Shown here: piece after piece, positions 20,001-29,059 of the stretch | How the letters are laid out: every line of letters starts with the position of its first letter | Position numbering within the stretch: the first letter of the stretch is position 1 | DNA from: Candidatus Poseidoniaceae archaeon | GTDB taxonomy: Archaea; Thermoplasmatota; Poseidoniia; Poseidoniales; Poseidoniaceae | Length of the DNA stretch: 61,842 nt | Reading direction: 5' to 3' | Assembly: GCA_965662715.1 (NCBI GenBank) | Contig: CBFIIS010000002.1 | Coordinates: 1-61,842, forward strand | The notes under the pieces: model-generated | Seen by the model: the letters and a program-made list of their open reading frames with translations, nothing else | Told to the model about the DNA's origin: nothing | Database searches by the model: none | Program-made: the position numbers and the translations under genes

Positions 20001-20240
20001 ACACGTGGGGAACCAGCACGGACCGTTATCGATGGGTTGGACGTCTACCCTGAAGCTCCAGATCGCACCATTATGCATATCGCTACTCATCTGGCAAAGA
20101 AATCCTTGGGCAATCTCGGAACCATTCTGGTCGCTACCCGCGACAGTGATTTCACATTGGTTTCACGAGCGCTCGAAGAGCGATTCGGATTTGGCGTGGC
20201 TAAGAACAGCCGTGCACTCAACAGTTTCCTTCACGGATGA
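17028..20240 (+). CDS. Large all-helical protein with C-terminal PIN-like nuclease domain
   Basis: 1,070 aa. The C-terminal ~227 aa (19557..20237) carries the PIN acidic quartet in the usual contexts: LVLIDTNVLVDAL, LPKIVKQELTGIA, PEAPDRTIMHIATHLA, ILVATRDSDFTLV. The N-terminal ~840 aa are Leu/Ala/Glu-rich helical repeats with no P-loop or other catalytic motif seen. Alternative starts are at Met7 and Met23. Confidence 0.7.
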   Translation: MRKSVNMRRTRTRRGGRGSTSPMDLIPSAEEMLVPSDYSDAYRLAVLLCHKLLNKDDWDSSWEVTETSLRNSCLEKGTHPVWAELAQHTPVFGQFAAFPVAKPKKKSSKKKLDMSAAYIDPHSSEDLATALDSLAATVDSAGAQVALRNVTSQLSAGRALTPSDSLLNLEGQASVLSALLHIATNSDATDALARVEKIDKDLASELKDLVQLQNGQVDDWDASANAKGNHSLALRRRFLAWQHPPESSSEMDAASLTEGLELLQNGNAPTQAIERVTWWRLAALHREGKSEETIETLIALKLDVHAELSHLLPLVSDLSNKEVQAWLESQIPHLDDGALVDIICCSDLDTETQALAAKHLSEENIEAWEQVLPVVIDIYTRSMNLRRLSEIIVKNDLTPLSHPYETLLAAHLLAAGKDNDLWHAVRSAREKALDSVHSTEAPPAFSSTSEALLMLFEGENVDDERLGTLLDKNGLLAFGVIRRALREGGSGIVENKELNALQTSIAEADLSLMEEHLFAAVIDTLRLNRVALMLQHGTSDEATVESVNTLLSNENVPTAMIHSVRHLVLEHDLGLPSLVRWYQTNDPLSPWHTLARASVSASKKDELNAARDYRRAGDHDGFDYEHKVVLYRKSLIHLAFAEQWKEAVELLEAQPSLRSAITKRFQLYLRVSFTSMRSTNEATRLLKDFVRSTKIISQENESGELEEVEVTYFAEDDLDMLKTYPFEHQRVLPTDPFCGRVTAAVNSLQKNRRRQRNAFDTRFTQLMQGTSPSLDELYDLATEAAQEKPVEGLMFLERAQNRGQFNVREIKRIADAEQGLFSAYKDQIPNGSRRYLRNLSLSPLVLIDTNVLVDALMDAIKQKLEVFTEASLDIGGHGHFHHVLLKRAQEGKIQLWLPKIVKQELTGIASDMNFLRNRFSGLLVPPIMLDTVFKKDVISEIVDKVLADYSTWRPMDLQLEAEAEEEENKSGVIGFFKDYTEIYEEITAMKRTRGEPARTVIDGLDVYPEAPDRTIMHIATHLAKKSLGNLGTILVATRDSDFTLVSRALEERFGFGVAKNSRALNSFLHG

Positions 20241-20247
20241 ATTGGCT

Positions 20248-21474
20248 TCACATGTGTGAAATCATAGCATCGCCAAAGTCACTGCACGAGAGCAATGTGG
20301 CATTGTCCATCAAACGTTCAAAGTCGTAGGTGACCGTTTGAGCAGAAATAGCACCTTCCATTCCCTTGACAATCAAGTCCGCTGCTTCAGTCCAGCCCAT
20401 GTGACGGAGCATCATCTCTGCTGAGAGGATCAACGAGCCTGGGTTGACCTTGTTCTGACCAGCGTACTTTGGCGCTGTACCATGGGTTGCTTCAAAGATT
20501 GAAATTCCAGTGTCGTAATTGATGTTAGCACCGGGTGCGATACCGATCCCCCCGACTTGGGCAGCAAGTGCGTCAGAGATGTAATCTCCATTGAGGTTCA
20601 TTGTCGCAAGCACAGAGTATTCGGCAGGTCGGGTGATGATTTGTTGGAGCATAGCGTCTGCAATGACGTCCTTGATCAGTATCTTTCGACCAGTGTTTGG
20701 ATTTTCTAAGGTGCACCATGGCCCCCCGTCGAGTTCAACTGCGCCATATTCTTGCTTCGCAATTTCATAGCCCCAGTCCCGGAATCCTCCCTCTGTGAAC
20801 TTCATGATGTTACCTTTGTGGACCAGCGTCAGACTCTCCTTGTCGTTTGCAATGGCATACTCGATGGCAGCACGAACAATTCGTCCAGTGCCTTCTTGTG
20901 AGATTGGCTTAATACCGATTCCAGAAGTGTTTGGGAATCGAATTTTGTCAACACCCATTTCATTTTGCAAGAAGTCAATGACCTTCTTGACGCCCTCAGA
21001 ACCAGCTTCCCATTCAATCCCAGCATAGACGTCTTCACTGTTTTCTCGGAAGATGATCATGTCAACATCGCCAGGTGCCTTCACAGGAGAAGGTGTACCA
21101 TCATACCAGCGAACTGGTCGAACACAAGCGAACAAGTCGAGCTTTTGTCGCAAGGCTACATTGAGGGAACGAATACCACCGCCAACGGGTGTTGTCAATG
21201 GGCCTTTGATCGATACCAAGCCGTTTCGCATAGCATCAAGCGTGGCTTCAGGCAACCATTCACCAGTTGCATTGAAAGCCTTCTCTCCAGCAAGAACTTC
21301 CGACCAAACAATCCCACGGTCACCGCCATAGGCTTTGGCAACCGAAGCGTCAACGACCTTGATCATCACCGGCGTGATATCCACGCCAATGCCATCACCT
21401 TCGATGTAGTGAATCACTGGGTCATTTGGGATGTTTAGTTTTCCATTTTCCATAGTGACGGGTGTTCCTGGCAT
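20248..21474 (-). CDS. icd: Isocitrate dehydrogenase (NADP), prokaryotic homodimeric type
   Basis: 408 aa. [22 protein letters not shown] and [26 protein letters not shown] (IDH/IMDH signature). Confidence 0.9.
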   Translation of the reverse strand: MPGTPVTMENGKLNIPNDPVIHYIEGDGIGVDITPVMIKVVDASVAKAYGGDRGIVWSEVLAGEKAFNATGEWLPEATLDAMRNGLVSIKGPLTTPVGGGIRSLNVALRQKLDLFACVRPVRWYDGTPSPVKAPGDVDMIIFRENSEDVYAGIEWEAGSEGVKKVIDFLQNEMGVDKIRFPNTSGIGIKPISQEGTGRIVRAAIEYAIANDKESLTLVHKGNIMKFTEGGFRDWGYEIAKQEYGAVELDGGPWCTLENPNTGRKILIKDVIADAMLQQIITRPAEYSVLATMNLNGDYISDALAAQVGGIGIAPGANINYDTGISIFEATHGTAPKYAGQNKVNPGSLILSAEMMLRHMGWTEAADLIVKGMEGAISAQTVTYDFERLMDNATLLSCSDFGDAMISHM

Positions 21475-21532
21475 TGCAATCGATACGACGCAGAAGCGTC
21501 CCCTTCAAGAATGAACCGCCCGTGGGCTTTCC

Positions 21533-21913
21533 ATGTACGGACGCGTTGAGTGGACGGGAGGCGACACTGTCGCATGCATAAATGAACGCGGCGACCGTCT
21601 CAACTTGGATTGGGAAGAAGGGCCGACGCCAATGCAAGTAACGATGCAAATGATTGGAGCCTGTTCAACAGCAGACCTCGTCCTTGGTCTGAAAGAACGC
21701 TCGTTCAGTGAGGTTTGGGTTGAAATGAATGGCAAGCGAGCCGAAGTTCGTCCAAAGGTGTTCACGGACATTCACATGGTCTACCATGTACGAGGTGATG
21801 TTCCCCTCAAGCTGGTCGAGCGGATTGTCAAAAAGAGTCACGAGAAATACTGCACAGTGTCTCAAATGTTTGTCGACGTCAACATTACTCACGCATGTGA
21901 AGTGCACGAGTAA
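21533..21913 (+). CDS. OsmC/Ohr family peroxiredoxin-like protein
   Basis: 126 aa. Two conserved Cys contexts, IGACSTADL and HEKYCTVSQM, typical of the OsmC family. Confidence 0.75.
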   Translation: MYGRVEWTGGDTVACINERGDRLNLDWEEGPTPMQVTMQMIGACSTADLVLGLKERSFSEVWVEMNGKRAEVRPKVFTDIHMVYHVRGDVPLKLVERIVKKSHEKYCTVSQMFVDVNITHACEVHE

Positions 21914-21916
21914 GCT

Positions 21917-22555
21917 TCACTGAGTGACAACTTTGAGTGCTGTCAGCGAATTCATTGCGCTGAGTAACAATTCACGAAGAGCATTGTAAAGCGGATGCCA
22001 TGTTTTGGAAATCTGTGGTGGCGGTGCAACAGGGAGCGTACCTTGTTCGGTGGACAACACAGTTGCAAATGGTCGAACTTCTCCAGTTCCTACCATATCG
22101 ATGATGAGCGATAGGTGGTATGCTTCTTGGTCCTTGATCACCTTCGCTGATTCAATTTTTGCCACAGCTTCTGCCGGCAGATCGCTGAGCCAGTCTTCGC
22201 CTCGTTCAACTCTGGAATGAAGCTCCTTCTTGACTAAAATTTCAAGAAGTTGTGAAACAACTTCGTTCGAGACAGGTGACTCGTGTTTGGTTCTTGAGGC
22301 CATTTCAATGGTCGTATCGGCGAGTGTTCCAGGACCGAGGTTTGCCTCAACAGAGGAGACAGAGAGTCCGTCGATCAATGGTTGATCCTCATCATCATCC
22401 ATAAACATCGCAAGTGGGTCTGAATGCACAGCAGTGGATTGGACTTGTTGAGGTTGTGCTTGAGGTGCGGAAGGGCGTACTGCGCCTAGTTCTGCAAAAA
22501 TATCAATCTCTTCTTCTACGACCTCTTGAGGTGCTTCTTCCCATGGTCCCATCAT
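21917..22555 (-). CDS. Hypothetical acidic protein (212 aa)
   Basis: Acidic, Gln/Pro-rich, disordered-looking N-terminal half and a helical C-terminal half. No motif recognised. Confidence 0.55.
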   Translation of the reverse strand: MMGPWEEAPQEVVEEEIDIFAELGAVRPSAPQAQPQQVQSTAVHSDPLAMFMDDDEDQPLIDGLSVSSVEANLGPGTLADTTIEMASRTKHESPVSNEVVSQLLEILVKKELHSRVERGEDWLSDLPAEAVAKIESAKVIKDQEAYHLSLIIDMVGTGEVRPFATVLSTEQGTLPVAPPPQISKTWHPLYNALRELLLSAMNSLTALKVVTQ

Positions 22556-22721
22556 GTTATCAAGCCATTATCTAGTCTTCATAGTACATCAAAGGATGTT
22601 TTTCTTTCCACATTTTGATTGATGCCAAAACAAAACGAAGAACCGATAGATTATCATGGAACAAGTTCCTCTAGGCAGCCAAGTATCAAAGGGGCCGACG
22701 GATTCGATTGGGTTGAAGCAC

Positions 22722-23348
22722 ATGGCAATCAAATGGGCATCATCATCAGTTTTTTGGGCGGCTTCGCTCATTTTCCTGTTGAGTGCACCAACCATCTCGA
22801 GCGTTCCAAGCGGGGTTGGCCAAGTTGGTAATGAGGGATGCATTTGCCATGGCGGTGCTTCTGCAGAAACAACGGTGGAGCTCAAAGGCTTACCAACCGT
22901 TTTCGAATCCAACACGACGTACAACCTCTCGATCGAAATTGAGAGTGACATTGCCCCGTCGACTGAACAACATCAAGGTGGTTTTAGGTTGATCATCAAA
23001 GGTGGTGGAACAGTGATGTTTGAGGACATCAATGAGATTCAATATTTGGAAGAGGGATGGACTCATCAATCCAATGGCACCTATCAACGCACTTGGAATC
23101 TCACGTGGACATCCCCAAGCAATTCCACGGACCCGATGGAATTCACCCTTGTTGGAAATGCTGTCAATGGAAACCAACAATCGAGCGGGGATGCGTGGGG
23201 ACTGCTTAGCACAACTATTGCCCATGTGGACGGGCCTCCAGTAGAACAAACCCCGATGAACCATACCGACATCAATGAATTTGATCACTTGATTTTCGCA
23301 ATAGGCATCCTTGCCCTTGCCTACTTCTTGTTCAGAACACTCAAGTGA
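22722..23348 (+). CDS. Secreted, C-terminally membrane-anchored protein with GCICHGG motif
   Basis: ORF 22656..23348. Start placed at ATG 22722 (MAIKWASSSVFWAASLIFLLSAPTISS, signal-peptide-like). GNEGCICHGG at 22836-22856. N-x-S/T sequons. C-terminal helix LIFAIGILALAYFLF followed by RTLK. Confidence 0.6.
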   Translation: MAIKWASSSVFWAASLIFLLSAPTISSVPSGVGQVGNEGCICHGGASAETTVELKGLPTVFESNTTYNLSIEIESDIAPSTEQHQGGFRLIIKGGGTVMFEDINEIQYLEEGWTHQSNGTYQRTWNLTWTSPSNSTDPMEFTLVGNAVNGNQQSSGDAWGLLSTTIAHVDGPPVEQTPMNHTDINEFDHLIFAIGILALAYFLFRTLK

Positions 23349-23350
23349 AT

Positions 23351-24520
23351 TCAGTTGACGAATTCGATGTGACGATTTTGAAGCGCTCGCAATTGCCTGT
23401 TTTCACTCGCACCATGGATCTGATCGCTCTTCACTCCAGTCAACACAAGCATAACTCGAATTTCATCGCCCAATTCCTCGCGAACAGCAGCGCCCCAAAT
23501 GACCTGAGCGTGGGGTGAAATTTGATCGGTGATGATTTTGGCACATTTCTCGGCTTCTCCAAGAGTAAGGCTTGGTCCACCAACGACATTGATGAGAGCG
23601 CCACGAGCATCGGATGAATCAATATCGAGCAGTGGTGAATGCATTGCTTCCTCGGTTGCGGCCTCAACTCGGCCGGGGCCGCTCGCCTCTCCAAGGCCAA
23701 TCATAGCCACACCGCTTCCAAATTGAATGACGGAACGAAGGTCTTCGAAATCGAGGTTCACCATTCCATCGGTGGTGAGCATCTCTGCGACGCCCGTAAT
23801 TGAACGTACGAGCAATTCATCACCAACTCTGAATGCATCGCCAATCGGAAGATCCTTGACGCCTTCAATTTCGAGTAATCGCTCGTTCGGGATCACCAAA
23901 ATGGTGTCACAATGTTCGCGCAATCGTTCCAATCCCCACTCTGCGTTCTGCTTTCGTAGAGCACCTTCTGAATTGAAAGGATATGTGACCACTGCGATTG
24001 TCATCGCCCCTTGCTGTTTTGCAAGCCGTGCGATGTGACCAGCGGCACCAGTCCCAGATCCTCCACCCATGCCTGCAGTGATGATTGCGAGTTGTGTATC
24101 ATTGGTGATTCGGCGTAGCGCAGGTTCGGACTCTAACGCCGCAGCCTCGCCCTTCGTTGGGTCGCCACCAGCACCTCTGCCTCGTGCAGTTCTTCCAATC
24201 AGTACCTTCTCTTCGATCGGCGACATCAACAACGCTTGGGCATCGGTGTTGATGGCGTATCCAGTGACGTAAGAATTCTTGAACAAGCGTTCATCGAATA
24301 ATCGGTTAACAGCATTACAGCCAGCGCCACCCACACCGTACACTCGAATCCTTGGTTGGAGGGATTCGAGAAGGGCTTGCAGCTCAACTTCAGAATTCTC
24401 ATTCATCGGAGGAGCGACGGTATTCGCTGCTGCTTGTTCTGCTTCTGACAGTTCTAAGACTCGTTCAACAAGATGTCGCATACTGCTTTCCTTGTTGATG
24501 TGACCTTGAATGTGCCGCAC
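23351..24520 (-). CDS. ftsZ: Cell division GTPase FtsZ
   Basis: 389 aa. VYGVGGAGCNAVNRL and the tubulin signature GMGGGSGTGAAGHIARLAK. An alternative ATG at 24481 is possible. Confidence 0.9.
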   Translation of the reverse strand: MRHIQGHINKESSMRHLVERVLELSEAEQAAANTVAPPMNENSEVELQALLESLQPRIRVYGVGGAGCNAVNRLFDERLFKNSYVTGYAINTDAQALLMSPIEEKVLIGRTARGRGAGGDPTKGEAAALESEPALRRITNDTQLAIITAGMGGGSGTGAAGHIARLAKQQGAMTIAVVTYPFNSEGALRKQNAEWGLERLREHCDTILVIPNERLLEIEGVKDLPIGDAFRVGDELLVRSITGVAEMLTTDGMVNLDFEDLRSVIQFGSGVAMIGLGEASGPGRVEAATEEAMHSPLLDIDSSDARGALINVVGGPSLTLGEAEKCAKIITDQISPHAQVIWGAAVREELGDEIRVMLVLTGVKSDQIHGASENRQLRALQNRHIEFVN

Positions 24521-24557
24521 CTTGAATGGGCCAAAATGGCCTTTTCAACGGGGGTAT

Positions 24558-25595
24558 TCAATCGCGGAGGCCTTCTTGCGTGACCTGGTAGACACACTCG
24601 CCATCTGGCAAGTTCGGGGAGTCGACAAGTCGAGCAATCCGGCGTCCGGCCTTTGCCTTACGCAAGTAGAGTCTGAAGGTCGATGCGTGAGCGAGCACGT
24701 GACCACCGATCGGCTTTGTCGGGTCGCCCCACATTGCATCGGGCTTTGAATGAACTTGGTTGGTCACCAAGACCAAGGCGTTGTTGACGTCTGCAAGCTG
24801 CTTCAAATCCTTGAGGTGCCGGTTGAGTTTCTGTTGTCGATTAGCGAGCATTCCTCGTCCAATGTATTCTGCACGGAAATGGCTGGTGAGAGAATCGACA
24901 ATAATCATCTTGACATTGAGTCCTTTGCTCATGCGCTTGATTTCATCAACAAGAAGCATTTGGTGAGCAGAATTGTACGCTCGTGCAACATGGATTCTCG
25001 CTAACACAGCATCGGGGTCAAGCCCGTGGCCGCGTGCCATTTGAGTGATACGCTCAGGCCGGAATGTGTCTTCAGTGTCGATGTAAAACACATCGCCATC
25101 GAATCCACCTTCGCTCATTGGGAGGGTGCAGTTGACGGCCAATTGATGACCAATTTGGGTTTTTCCACTTCCAAATGCACCGTAGACTTCAACCAGGGCT
25201 TGGGTTTCGAATCCACCACCAAGCAGGTCGTCGATCGATTGAACCTTCGATGAGAGTTTCAAGACCTCACGTCGGCGTTCGAGGAGCGCACCACCAGAGA
25301 CGAATCCACCAATGTTGGCCATTTTCTTAGCAGCAGCGATGATTTTTGTAGCCACAGCTTCTCCAAGTTCGGCTTGGTCAGCAAGGTCGCCAGGCGACAT
25401 CACGGCAAGGGCAAGGAGATCGTCGAATCCAGCTTCGCGTAGTTTTTCAGCGGTCGCAGGTCCAACGCCAGGTAAGTCGTCGATTTTGACCTCAGGTGCT
25501 TCCTCTTGAGTCGCCATCACTTTCACTGGCTCCTCTTGAGGGTCTTCATTGTTTTCAATTTCTATCTTCGCTTTTTTCTTCGATTTGGTCGCCAT
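24558..25595 (-). CDS. radA: DNA repair and recombination protein RadA
   Basis: 345 aa. N-terminal HhH domain ([20 protein letters not shown]), Walker [15 protein letters not shown], and the typical archaeal RadA C-terminus. Confidence 0.92.
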   Translation of the reverse strand: MATKSKKKAKIEIENNEDPQEEPVKVMATQEEAPEVKIDDLPGVGPATAEKLREAGFDDLLALAVMSPGDLADQAELGEAVATKIIAAAKKMANIGGFVSGGALLERRREVLKLSSKVQSIDDLLGGGFETQALVEVYGAFGSGKTQIGHQLAVNCTLPMSEGGFDGDVFYIDTEDTFRPERITQMARGHGLDPDAVLARIHVARAYNSAHQMLLVDEIKRMSKGLNVKMIIVDSLTSHFRAEYIGRGMLANRQQKLNRHLKDLKQLADVNNALVLVTNQVHSKPDAMWGDPTKPIGGHVLAHASTFRLYLRKAKAGRRIARLVDSPNLPDGECVYQVTQEGLRD

Positions 25596-25721
25596 TTCTG
25601 TTCACTTCCAACCCCCTCTGGTTCGGCGAGTGTATATCAAGGAACGAACGGCGGCGCGAATAATTAATTCTTTGAAACCATGGTACTTGCGATGTATTTC
25701 AAGGCGCAGGGGCCTTTTTAG

Positions 25722-25759
25722 TTCACTTTCAGTTTAGATTTACAAGTTGTGAAAGTGAA
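25722..25759. repeat. Perfect 10-bp inverted repeat (TTCACTTTCA-N18-TGAAAGTGAA) between the lipoprotein gene and radA
   Basis: Arms at 25722-25731 and 25750-25759. It lies 26 nt downstream of the stop of 25785..26600 and about 130-165 nt upstream of the radA start. No adjacent oligo-T tract on the minus strand, so its role (terminator or operator) is unresolved. Confidence 0.3.
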
Positions 25760-25784
25760 TTCGCAGTGCGCAAATTCAGCCAGA

Positions 25785-26600
25785 TTATTCCGTGCTTTCA
25801 TCGGTAGGGAAAGGATTGCTTTCGCTTTCTTCCGCAGCATAGGCAATGGTAACAATGTGTGAGACATCAACATTTTCTTGGTCCTGATTCAATCCTACTT
25901 CGAGCGTCCAAACTCCTGCCATAGGGGCGAACTCATTGTGGGCCCAGGTGCCTTCTTGGCCATCAGCAAGTTGCTCAGGCGGCGACTCAGCCACAGCATC
26001 CCCCTCACTGTTGTTGAGGTACCAAGTGACGGTGACTGGCGATCCACCGATTCCGCCAAAGTTGGATGGATTGTCGACGGTTGAATCTATTTTGATTTGC
26101 TCAGGGAGTTGACATTCACAGTCGGGCGTTGCATCGATGCTCATTGTTCGTGGGTCTGTCGTCGCACTATCGGTCCACGTGATTTCTTTATCGATCCTGA
26201 TCGTGACGTTCTCGAAGCGCTCGTTGCCCTCGGCGTCGATGGCGCCAACAGCCGCAGAGAACATACCGTGTGTCAGGTATGTGTAGCTGATTTCACTCGT
26301 GTCTGCCGCGTTGATGGTGACAGGGTTTGACCCATCTCCGGGGTTAAAGACAAACGACGAGATGTCACCCTCGGTGGATTTGGTGTATGAATAGTCAAAC
26401 ACAACGTCGACCCCTTGTTCAGAAACCTGTTGATTGTTTTGAATGGTTTCAGTGATGGTTCCCGCAGTCGTTTCGTAGTAGACGATGAGTGATATTGGCC
26501 CAACATCCTCTTCTTCATCAGCGCCACCTAGGCAACCTGAGGCAAACGCCGCAACAAGCACCGCACACATGAGGAGCGGTCGAACAACTTGCGGGCGCAT
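25785..26600 (-). CDS. Secreted lipoprotein with PKD-like domain(s)
   Basis: 271 aa. Signal plus lipobox MRPQVVRPLLMCAVLVAAFASGCLGG. PKD-like FNPGDGSNPVTINAADTSEISYTYLTHGMFSAAVGAIDAEGNE. Confidence 0.7.
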   Translation of the reverse strand: MRPQVVRPLLMCAVLVAAFASGCLGGADEEEDVGPISLIVYYETTAGTITETIQNNQQVSEQGVDVVFDYSYTKSTEGDISSFVFNPGDGSNPVTINAADTSEISYTYLTHGMFSAAVGAIDAEGNERFENVTIRIDKEITWTDSATTDPRTMSIDATPDCECQLPEQIKIDSTVDNPSNFGGIGGSPVTVTWYLNNSEGDAVAESPPEQLADGQEGTWAHNEFAPMAGVWTLEVGLNQDQENVDVSHIVTIAYAAEESESNPFPTDESTE

Positions 26601-26732
26601 ATGTTGTAGACGAGGTCCTCCTTCATCAAATCACCACCTATTTCGAAAATTCATTCATTGAACCTTCATCGTGGATTTTGACCACAGGTTGGCATCGGTG
26701 GTTTGAAAGCAGGGAAGGTCGGCGCTTTGGTT

Positions 26733-26810
26733 AACGAGGTGGGGTAGTCTGGATATCCCGTCGGGCTCATAACCCGGAGATCGGTGGTTCAAATCCATCC
26801 CTCGTTACCA
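26733..26810 (+). tRNA. tRNA-Met (anticodon CAT), initiator-like, with encoded CCA
   Basis: Hand fold: acceptor AACGAGG/CCTCGTT, D arm GGG..CCC, anticodon stem TCGGG/CCCGG with loop CTCATAA, variable AGATC, T arm GGTGG-TTCAAAT-CCATC, discriminator A, CCA at 26808-26810. The A1:U72 pair and three G:C pairs closing the anticodon stem are archaeal/eukaryal initiator hallmarks. Confidence 0.85.
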
Positions 26811-26819
26811 ACCAGCAGA

Positions 26820-27572
26820 CTAGCTGTACTCGTAATAGTCATGTTTTGGCGTGAGTGAATCAAGTGCGCTTTGTAAGCGTGCATTGGCAGCGGCTTCACC
26901 ACGCATAATGGCTGCTTTCTCATCCTCAATTCGTTGTGCCTGGGCAGCACATAAGGATGAATTTCCAAGCCCATGAGGCACAGCCCCAAGCAATGCTTCA
27001 GCCACTTGACCAGCATCAACGGGCGCGGTTCCAACCGGCTCTAACATGAACACGCCTCCACTGTAAATGACTGGACCAGCCGCTTCACAACTCATGGCTA
27101 ACCAATCGATTAATTTCGCTTCATACCCAATGTACCTGCATGCATCAAGGGCTGCAGAGAGGTTACCGGGTGCCAATTTTTCTGCCTTGGCGTAGGCTTT
27201 TTTCGCGGCTCGCTTTTTTCCTCCCGAAGCAAGCACATTGCCGGCTCGATGTTGATCTTCAGCTTCAGGTGTCATTTGGTCAATCAAGTGCGGCGCTCCA
27301 TTGCGAAGGATTTTGACAAGTTTCTTTCGTTCCTTTAGTAGGATGTGGACGCTTGCAACAGCGCGAGGCCCCTTGCCCCTTGCCACAAGAACGTCGCAAA
27401 GAATCCGAAGTCCTTTGACCAGCATGATTTGGTCGTCAGCAGAGCGTTTTTTCCGAGCGAGAAACATCTCGGTAAACTGCATGGCCATGACTTCAGACAT
27501 TTCCATTCGCCCGTCAAGGATGTAGCGCTCAAGTTGAATGAGCGTCTGTGCGGGGTCGTTCATTCCAAACAT
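26820..27572 (-). CDS. Hypothetical helical protein (250 aa)
   Basis: Long ORF with Ala/Lys/Leu-rich helical composition. No motif recognised. Confidence 0.6.
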   Translation of the reverse strand: MFGMNDPAQTLIQLERYILDGRMEMSEVMAMQFTEMFLARKKRSADDQIMLVKGLRILCDVLVARGKGPRAVASVHILLKERKKLVKILRNGAPHLIDQMTPEAEDQHRAGNVLASGGKKRAAKKAYAKAEKLAPGNLSAALDACRYIGYEAKLIDWLAMSCEAAGPVIYSGGVFMLEPVGTAPVDAGQVAEALLGAVPHGLGNSSLCAAQAQRIEDEKAAIMRGEAAANARLQSALDSLTPKHDYYEYS

Positions 27573-27676
27573 GGCAGCATCTCAGGGGTGTGCCTCCCAC
27601 CTATTGATGCCTTTGTATCGGCGTTTCATGCCTATTGTCAAGGTGGAAGTAATAACGGACAGGTCATAGCGCAGGC

Positions 27677-28216
27677 ATGGCATCGCCACGAATCTTCGCA
27701 GTGACTGGGACGCCGGGGTCTGGCAAAACCACACTTTGTTCCCTGCTTGGCGAACAAGGCTATTCAGTCGAATCGGTGATTGATTTAGCGGCACGCTTCA
27801 ACTGCCTTGGCGAGCAAGACGCTCGTGATGGAGCAGCTCCAATCGACATTCACAAGTTAGCTGACGAGTGGTTCGATGATTCAAACGATACGATATTTGT
27901 CGACGGACATCTGTCTCACTTGTTGGAAATTGATGCCGTTATCTTGATCAGATGCCACCCAGATCAACTCAAGCAGCGACTTGAAGCGCGAGGCTATGAC
28001 GAGCGTAAGGTACAATCAAACGTGGAGTGGGAAATGATTGCAGGTACATGGTCTGAAATCCTCGAGTTTGAACTTGATGTACCCATTTTGGAAATTGATG
28101 GAAGTGCGACTTCAGATGTTGAACTCATGTCTGAAGTTCTTCAGTGGATTGAGGATGGTTGTCCAAGCGACGGTGTCGAGGCAACCGCTGCAGAAGCGAT
28201 TGATTGGTTGGCTTGA
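27677..28216 (+). CDS. Fap7/AK6-type adenylate kinase-like NTPase
   Basis: 179 aa. P-loop IFAVTGTPGSGKTTLCSLL, then IFVDGHLSHLLEIDAVILIRCHPDQLKQRLEARGYDERKVQSNVEWEMI, as in archaeal Fap7 homologues. Confidence 0.75.
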   Translation: MASPRIFAVTGTPGSGKTTLCSLLGEQGYSVESVIDLAARFNCLGEQDARDGAAPIDIHKLADEWFDDSNDTIFVDGHLSHLLEIDAVILIRCHPDQLKQRLEARGYDERKVQSNVEWEMIAGTWSEILEFELDVPILEIDGSATSDVELMSEVLQWIEDGCPSDGVEATAAEAIDWLA

Positions 28217-28264
28217 CCACCCAAAGAACAAACACCCCCCACCAAAGCAGACCCATCGATTGCA

Positions 28265-28972
28265 ATGGCATTAGAGAAACTTCGAAGTTCGTGGGAACGC
28301 ATGGTTGACCCCGTTGTTGACTCAATTTCTACCTGGAAACCTTCGACCCTCACATGGATTGCTCTACCGATTGGCGTTCTTGGTGGATTATCTGTTTTGA
28401 TGGCTCCAAATGACACCTATGGTGCAAATATGTTGTTCGGAGGGGCAATTTTGATTGGGTTTGCAATGGTTCTTGATGCGCTTGACGGACCACTCGCACG
28501 GCGAACGGGACAAGTCACACGATGGGGCGATTACCTCGACCATACCTTCGATCGGCTTCTTGACATCATTTGGACGGTGTGTCTAGCGGGTTGTGTGTTT
28601 GTTGGCGATTTCACCCTTGGTCTGCTTGCTGCGTTGTTGACCCTGCTCGGCTCCTACATGGGCACGCAAGCTCAAGCGGTTGCGGGAACTCGTAATTACC
28701 GAGGATTTTCCCGTGCAGACCGGACCATTCTTGCTCTTGTTGCGCTTGTTCTGATGGGTGTCTTCATTCATCTTGAGGTTGAAAGTTTTGGAATGTTCCC
28801 AGGCGTTCTTGATCACATTGAGATCAACCCAATCAGCCTTGCTGTCGTCATTTCTGCTTTTGGTGGGCTTTGGACATTTTTGATTCGGTTTGTACAAGCA
28901 AAGCATGAGATATCTCAAATCGACCGAGAGGACCCCCTTCCTCAACCAAATCAAAACAAAGAATCTGAATGA
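28265..28972 (+). CDS. CDP-alcohol phosphatidyltransferase family protein
   Basis: 235 aa. Exact family motif D-x2-DG-x2-AR-x8-G-x3-D-x3-D in DALDGPLARRTGQVTRWGDYLDHTFDRLLD. Multiple TM helices. Confidence 0.85.
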   Translation: MALEKLRSSWERMVDPVVDSISTWKPSTLTWIALPIGVLGGLSVLMAPNDTYGANMLFGGAILIGFAMVLDALDGPLARRTGQVTRWGDYLDHTFDRLLDIIWTVCLAGCVFVGDFTLGLLAALLTLLGSYMGTQAQAVAGTRNYRGFSRADRTILALVALVLMGVFIHLEVESFGMFPGVLDHIEINPISLAVVISAFGGLWTFLIRFVQAKHEISQIDREDPLPQPNQNKESE

Positions 28973-29059
28973 TTCCGCCACCCCTACGGGGTGCACTGAA
29001 CCGCTCAAATGCCTCGTTTAGAGGCGGCATACTCATAACGGTAGCATGCTACAAGAGCA

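Noticed and set aside
22836-22856. A c-type cytochrome haem-binding site
   Set aside because: The motif is C-I-C-H (CxCH), not CxxCH, and no second haem motif is present. It is reported only as an unusual Cys/His cluster.
26811-28972. An integrated mobile element downstream of tRNA-Met
   Set aside because: There is no integrase, no phage or plasmid genes, and no second copy of the tRNA 3' end that I could find. The downstream genes are housekeeping (Fap7-type kinase, CDP-alcohol phosphatidyltransferase).
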